Source: a virus
Lineage: Duplodnaviria; Caudoviricetes
IMG/VR virus record: IMGVR_UViG_3300032212_000055
Span: 1-40,021 of that record
DNA: 40,021 nucleotides
Reading direction: 5' to 3' (one strand)
The translations under genes were made by a program, and so were the position numbers. The notes beneath the pieces were generated by a model, which searched no databases, was not told the DNA's origin, and saw nothing but the letters and a program-made list of their open reading frames with translations. Below, piece after piece: positions 35,214 to 40,021 of this stretch (position 1 is the stretch's first letter; every line of letters begins with the position of its first letter).

Positions 35214-35411
35214 ATGTCAGACCCTTGGAAGCATCGAAGTGAAAATATGTGCTGTGAAACCTGTATGTGGTGCGCAGTTAAAGAAACCAAAGGCCCAAAA
35301 AAATCTAAGTTAGGCCGATGCCGAAAGCACTCACCAACCTTAAACGGCTACCCCGTTGTCTACATGAATGACTGGTGCGGCGACCACAAGCTGGACGAAA
35401 CTAAAATCTAG
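35214..35411 (+). CDS. Small Cys-rich protein
   Basis: C..C.W...G.CR.H.P....P.V...DWCG.H. Confidence 0.7.
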   Translation: MSDPWKHRSENMCCETCMWCAVKETKGPKKSKLGRCRKHSPTLNGYPVVYMNDWCGDHKLDETKI

Positions 35412-35533
35412 TCATGAGCTGGTTACCACTCGTCACTGTATTGCTTGTTAGTCCTAACCCCACATATGTTCAGGAACAGCCAAGCTGTGATAATCTAATA
35501 TTAGTCAAATCAAATACTTGAGGATAATGTGTT

Positions 35534-35869
35534 GTGGCAACCAGTAAACGATCAAGACGAGCATCACATGACGTGTCACCTCGCATGCGTAAGGCCTTCT
35601 TTGAGGGCTTTATACTCGCAGCTCAGCGTAACGGTGGCACCACAGCTGAATACTGCCAGAAACTCTGGGAAGAAGACTGGAAAAAGGCTGCAGAGCTGCT
35701 TACCAAGTTCCTACCCCGTGAAAACGTCGTTAAGGGTAAGGTAGAGCATGAGCACTCTGGCACAGTCGAATTATCGGCTACTGAACGATTCCTTGAAGAA
35801 ATTACCGCCCCAGGAGAAGAAAGGGCATTTGAGGAACCTGTGCAGGACGGACCTGTACTACCTCATTAG
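35534..35869 (+). CDS. terS: Terminase small subunit (putative)
   Basis: Immediately upstream of and overlapping TerL; K.LP.E...VEH.HSG.V C-terminal motif. Confidence 0.65.
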   Translation: MATSKRSRRASHDVSPRMRKAFFEGFILAAQRNGGTTAEYCQKLWEEDWKKAAELLTKFLPRENVVKGKVEHEHSGTVELSATERFLEEITAPGEERAFEEPVQDGPVLPH

Positions 35870-37325
35870 GTATGTATTCAAGCGAACCGACTTTGACGAT
35901 GAGTGGCTATTCCATCGATGCCGGGAAGTACAACATAATCCAAATGGCTATCTTGATCTCTGGGCTCGTGATCACCGCAAATCTACAATCATCACCTATG
36001 CTAAGACGATTCAAGACGTACTGGCCAGCCACGGCGATGACCCTCTACCTGGATGGTGGGAGAACAGAGAAGTCACCTGTGTCATATTCTCGTTTAATCG
36101 ACCTACTGCAAAGAAGTTCCTCGATCAGATCAAAACTGAGTTTGAAAACAATGAGGTGCTTAAAGAACTCTTCCCCGACATCCTGTATCAGAACCCGCAA
36201 CGAGAGAGCCCTAAATGGTCACTCGATGAGGGGCTACTGGTCAAAAGGCAGCGCGGCAACCCGAAAGAGAAGACGATAGAAGCCTATGGGATCATTGACT
36301 CAATGCCTACGGGTGGTCACTGGCTACTGAGGATATACGACGATGTTATCACCGAGAAAGTGGCTCGAAACCCTGAGATTATCAAGAAAGCCACCAAACA
36401 GTGGGAGCTATCGCTATCGCTGGGAACATCGGGTAAAAGCTCAGTTAAGGGTCAATCTCGTTACATTGGCACCCGGTACGCGGTTAATGACACGTACAAG
36501 ACCATCATGGCCAGGAAAGCAGCCAAGCCCCGGCTATACCCAGCCACAGACGATGGCACTGAGTTTGGTGCACCTGTTTTCCTCACTGAAGAAGAACTTA
36601 AGACCAAGCGTAGAGAGATGGGGCTCTATACCTTCAACTCACAGATGCTACAAAAACCTGACCAGGATCAAGCGATGGGCTTCTCAAAAGATTGGCTGAA
36701 GTATTACGACTCAGACCCCAGCACAGGCTGGAACTATTACATTGTGGTGGACCCGGCTAATGAGAAGCACAAAAAGTCTGATTACACCGTCATGCTGCTA
36801 ATCGCCACAGGACCCGATCAGAACTATTACCTAGCCGGTGGACTCAGAGACAGGTTAAACCTGCGAGAACGGACAAAAGCTTTATTTGATATGCACCGTA
36901 AGTGCTTTGCTGACTATGGGGTGTTACCACAGGCTGTAGGCTATGAGAAATACGGCATGCAGTCTGATATCGAGCACATGGAGGACGTGATGGACCGGGA
37001 CAACTACCGGTTTGATATCACCCCACTCGGTGGCTCGATGGCTAAGAATGACCGCATACGCAAGCTGATACCTATCTTTGAGGATGGCCGTTTCTATCTA
37101 CCAGAGGCTTTATCGTTCATTGACTACCAGGGCAGACAGCACGAACTGGTGGCAGAGTTCATCGAAGAAGAGTATGAAGACTTCCCAATGATCGACCACG
37201 ATGACATATTTGACTGCATGGCACGCATCGTAGACGATGAGCTTGGTGTAATATTCCCAAAACCAGTAGAATACAAAGACAGATACTCGAAAAAGCGTAA
37301 GCGCTCATCCTGGGTGACGAGGTAA
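35748..37325 (+). CDS. terL: Terminase large subunit
   Basis: Walker A variant ARDHRKST, Walker B IYDDV, IGTRY, nuclease VDPA...SDYT, HDD..D. Confidence 0.92.
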   Translation: MSTLAQSNYRLLNDSLKKLPPQEKKGHLRNLCRTDLYYLIRYVFKRTDFDDEWLFHRCREVQHNPNGYLDLWARDHRKSTIITYAKTIQDVLASHGDDPLPGWWENREVTCVIFSFNRPTAKKFLDQIKTEFENNEVLKELFPDILYQNPQRESPKWSLDEGLLVKRQRGNPKEKTIEAYGIIDSMPTGGHWLLRIYDDVITEKVARNPEIIKKATKQWELSLSLGTSGKSSVKGQSRYIGTRYAVNDTYKTIMARKAAKPRLYPATDDGTEFGAPVFLTEEELKTKRREMGLYTFNSQMLQKPDQDQAMGFSKDWLKYYDSDPSTGWNYYIVVDPANEKHKKSDYTVMLLIATGPDQNYYLAGGLRDRLNLRERTKALFDMHRKCFADYGVLPQAVGYEKYGMQSDIEHMEDVMDRDNYRFDITPLGGSMAKNDRIRKLIPIFEDGRFYLPEALSFIDYQGRQHELVAEFIEEEYEDFPMIDHDDIFDCMARIVDDELGVIFPKPVEYKDRYSKKRKRSSWVTR

Positions 37326-37327
37326 AC

Positions 37328-39223
37328 ATGGCAAAAGACGACGACTTAATTACACATATCAAGGAAGAATACCGCCGCAGCAAGTCACACCAGAAGAAAT
37401 GGCGACAGGAAGCACGCGAACTCTATGACATGGTGGCTGGTAAGCAGCTGTCAGATACCGAGAAGGCAGAACTCGAAGAGGCCGGGAAACCCGCCATAGC
37501 CTTCAATCGAATAGACCCGGTAGTCTCAGCTGTTGTGGGTCACCAGATCAACAACCGACAAGAAATCAAATACCTGCCCCGCTCTCAGGGCGACATCAAA
37601 CCTAACGAAACCTACTCAAGCGCTGCTGAATACTTCGACCAGGGCTGTGATGCCTACGAAGAAATATCAGATGCATTCTGGGATATGACGATATGTGGCA
37701 TGGGCTTCTCAGAGATGCGTGTCGACTACGATCAGAACTACGAGGGCGATATCCAGAGTGCTGAACGTATCCCACCACTTGAAATGGGCTGGGACCCGTC
37801 AGCTAAGAAGCGCAACATTGCAGACTCTCGATACCGTTACCGTCAGAAATGGTGGTCCCGTAAAGAAGCGGAAAAGCAATGGCCCAAAGTTAAGAATATC
37901 GATGTCAGTAATACTGAGACCTGGCTGGATGCACCAGAGAGCGATGAATTATCAGAACACGATGCCTCACGCGCCTGGATGTACGAATCAGACAGCTCTC
38001 AGTGGTATAAGCAGGACACAGACGAGATTCTGGTCCTACAGTGGCAGGAATGGGAATACGAGCCGATGTATGTCGTCGGTGATCCACAGAACAACAAGGT
38101 CATTGAGCTGTCAGCTAAGAAGTTCAACCGCCTGAAAGAACGCATTGACGATATGGGTGCTCGTTACGTCAAACAGATGCGTAAGGTCTATAAGCAGTAT
38201 TTTGTGGTGGGCGACACGATCCTTGAGAAAGGCGATGCACCTTGCCCTAATCATTTCAGCCTGCAGTGTATGACAGCCCGGCGTGATGAGAATACCAACA
38301 CATGGTATGGTCTGGTCCGGGCGATGGTCGACCCTCAGAAGTGGTCGAATAAGCTATTTTCCGATATCACCTCGATCATGTATAAAAACCGTACCGGGGG
38401 CGCATTCATTGAGACAGACGCCCTTGACGATCCGAGAGAGGCAGAAGAGCAGTGGGCAGAAGAAAACCCATTGATTAAGCTCAAGCCTGGGGCATTACAG
38501 AAAGGTAAGATTTTAGAGCGTAACCCTATCCAGTACCCACAAGGTCTGGACCGGCTCATGGAATTTGCCATCTACTCTATTCCGCATGTGACCGGGTTAA
38601 ATCAGGAGCTGCTGGGTTTGGTGGATCGTAATCAGCCAGGTGTACTCGAAGCACAGCGCAAACGTGCCGGTATGACCATTCTGGCGGGTATGTTCGACAG
38701 TCTTAAGCTGTTTCAAAAGACTCGTGCTGAAGTGTTACTGTATTTCGTGCAGGAATATGTAACAGATGGGCGCCTGATTCGTATGGTCGGTGAGGACGGT
38801 ATGGAGAAATACATGCCCATCGTCAAGGATAAGGAAACGGTTAAATACGACGTTGTTATCTCTGAGTCACCACAGTCACCGAATCAGCAAATGGAGACCT
38901 TCGGTGCACTCATGGAACTGTTACCAAGAGTCACTCAGATGGGAATTCCAATGCCGCCTGACTTCCTTGATCATGTGCCACTACCTAGCACATTGACTGA
39001 TAAGTGGAAGAAGCACATAGCGCAGCAGCAGAATGACCCACAGAAGAAACAAATGCAGCAGGAAATGGCGCAAATGGCTAAACGTCTGCAGGCCGCTGAA
39101 GCCGCTAAGGACGAATCAGTGGCTAAGCTGAACGACGCTAAGACTGAGCTGACCCGTGTACAGGCAAAATTGAAACCTGCTGAAGAGGCATCTAAGGCAA
39201 TTGAACGAGCAACCAATAAATAG
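37328..39223 (+). CDS. Portal protein (P22-like)
   Basis: 631 aa after TerL; G.Q, FNRI.P.V..V.G, YGLVR.M.DPQ...NK, VTG.N..LLG, YDV.I...P. Confidence 0.9.
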   Translation: MAKDDDLITHIKEEYRRSKSHQKKWRQEARELYDMVAGKQLSDTEKAELEEAGKPAIAFNRIDPVVSAVVGHQINNRQEIKYLPRSQGDIKPNETYSSAAEYFDQGCDAYEEISDAFWDMTICGMGFSEMRVDYDQNYEGDIQSAERIPPLEMGWDPSAKKRNIADSRYRYRQKWWSRKEAEKQWPKVKNIDVSNTETWLDAPESDELSEHDASRAWMYESDSSQWYKQDTDEILVLQWQEWEYEPMYVVGDPQNNKVIELSAKKFNRLKERIDDMGARYVKQMRKVYKQYFVVGDTILEKGDAPCPNHFSLQCMTARRDENTNTWYGLVRAMVDPQKWSNKLFSDITSIMYKNRTGGAFIETDALDDPREAEEQWAEENPLIKLKPGALQKGKILERNPIQYPQGLDRLMEFAIYSIPHVTGLNQELLGLVDRNQPGVLEAQRKRAGMTILAGMFDSLKLFQKTRAEVLLYFVQEYVTDGRLIRMVGEDGMEKYMPIVKDKETVKYDVVISESPQSPNQQMETFGALMELLPRVTQMGIPMPPDFLDHVPLPSTLTDKWKKHIAQQQNDPQKKQMQQEMAQMAKRLQAAEAAKDESVAKLNDAKTELTRVQAKLKPAEEASKAIERATNK

Positions 39224-39234
39224 AGGATAAGAGG

Positions 39235-40021
39235 ATGGCAGAACTAGATATTCACGAGACATTTAACGACGAACCACCAGCCGACGAACCGGCCACGGAT
39301 ACCACTCAGACAGAAGAGACTAAGACCGAAGTAGTCGAAGCCTCTAAAACTGACGAACCTGCTAAGACCGACGAACCAGCCAAAGACCCATCACAGAAGA
39401 CGGTGCCTCATGGTGCCTTTCATCAAGAGCGTGAGATGCGTAAGGAGTTCCAGGGTCAGACTAAGGAACTGATGGCACAGAATCGTGAGCTGATGAATAA
39501 ATTAAATCAGTTCAGCAGCCTGCGCGAAGAGCTGGACGAGCTACGCAACAAGCCAGCAGAACCGGCTGAGCCTACGGTCAGTTATGAACAGGACCCAGTG
39601 GGCTTTCTCAAGCAGGAAAATGAGCAGCTAAAGAGTCAAGTTAATCAGGTTACCGAAAAGGTGGAAACTGACGAACAACAGGCCGAGCAGGTACGCCAGC
39701 AACAAGAGCAGGCCATGCAGTTCAAACAGACTGTTGAGACTCAGGTCGGTGAGTTCATACAGGAAACCCCGGATTATCCTCAAGCCTTTGAATTCTTGAT
39801 GGAGTCGAAGATTCAGGAATACCAGGCACTGGGTTACACCAATCCGCAGCAGATCAGTCAGCTGTTTAATCGCGACTCATTCATGCTCTCGCAACAGGCC
39901 ATGCAACAAGGTAAGAACCCCGGTGAGGCTGTGTATAACCTGGCCAAAGCGCGTGGTTATGTCACAGGCGCTAACGCAATACCGGGCGGTGAGGATGATG
40001 ATGCTAATAAGGAAACGCTCG
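39235..40021 (+). CDS. Capsid scaffolding protein, N-terminal part (continues through the join to 297; ~318 aa in total)
   Basis: ATG 39235 after GAGG; acidic DEPAKT repeats, VP..AF..ER..RK motif, coiled coil; no stop before the window end. Confidence 0.8.
   Translation, partial: MAELDIHETFNDEPPADEPATDTTQTEETKTEVVEASKTDEPAKTDEPAKDPSQKTVPHGAFHQEREMRKEFQGQTKELMAQNRELMNKLNQFSSLREELDELRNKPAEPAEPTVSYEQDPVGFLKQENEQLKSQVNQVTEKVETDEQQAEQVRQQQEQAMQFKQTVETQVGEFIQETPDYPQAFEFLMESKIQEYQALGYTNPQQISQLFNRDSFMLSQQAMQQGKNPGEAVYNLAKARGYVTGANAIPGGEDDDANKETL
39895..40021. repeat. Terminal direct repeat (copy 2)
   Basis: Identical to 1-127. Confidence 0.95.

Noticed and set aside
35414-35521. 35-aa hydrophobic ORF before terS as a spanin or lysis peptide
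   Set aside because: No clear RBS or lipobox; too short to support
39268-39385. GACGAACC repeats as iterons or CRISPR
   Set aside because: They encode DEPA/KTDEPA peptide repeats in the scaffold; irregular spacing, no spacers or cas genes
39895-40021. 127-bp terminal repeat as a biological DTR
   Set aside because: It falls mid-gene (scaffold) and its length equals a standard assembler k-mer; best explained as a circularisation overlap
1-40021. tRNA, rRNA, CRISPR array, DGR/retron, IS, intron or intein
   Set aside because: No cloverleaf, repeat-spacer array, reverse transcriptase, transposase or splicing motifs recognised by eye

Overview
This window is an apparently complete, circularly assembled ~39.9 kb tailed dsDNA phage genome. 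Positions 1-127 equal 39895-40021, which looks like an assembler k-mer overlap, so the unique length is 39,894 bp. The architecture is podovirus-like: TerS, TerL, a P22-like portal, scaffold, an N4-gp56/DUF4043-type capsid, adaptor/nozzle, and ejection proteins including an LPD23/metallopeptidase/ART polyvalent protein. It also has a lambdoid-style early region (HTH regulator, NinB, NinX, RecT, VRR-NUC, DUF1364, PAPS-reductase family). I recognise no integrase, DNA polymerase, helicase/primase or endolysin. Three things stand out. (1) A five-enzyme glycosyl/methyltransferase cassette led by a TPR-glycosyltransferase sits inside the virion operon, a nucleotidyltransferase plus cupin lies elsewhere, and many outer virion proteins carry recurrent (S/T)A(S/T) patches. 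Together these suggest a candidate phage-encoded virion O-glycosylation system with its own acceptor motif. (2) A ~450 bp structured non-coding region has convergent sense/antisense promoters and is followed by a stand-alone RNase H1 hybrid-binding domain and a headless replication-initiator domain, suggesting a candidate ColE1-like antisense-controlled, RNA-primed replicon. (3) Two perfect DnaA boxes overlap the putative capsid promoter. All family calls come from motifs recognised by eye; no database searches were run.
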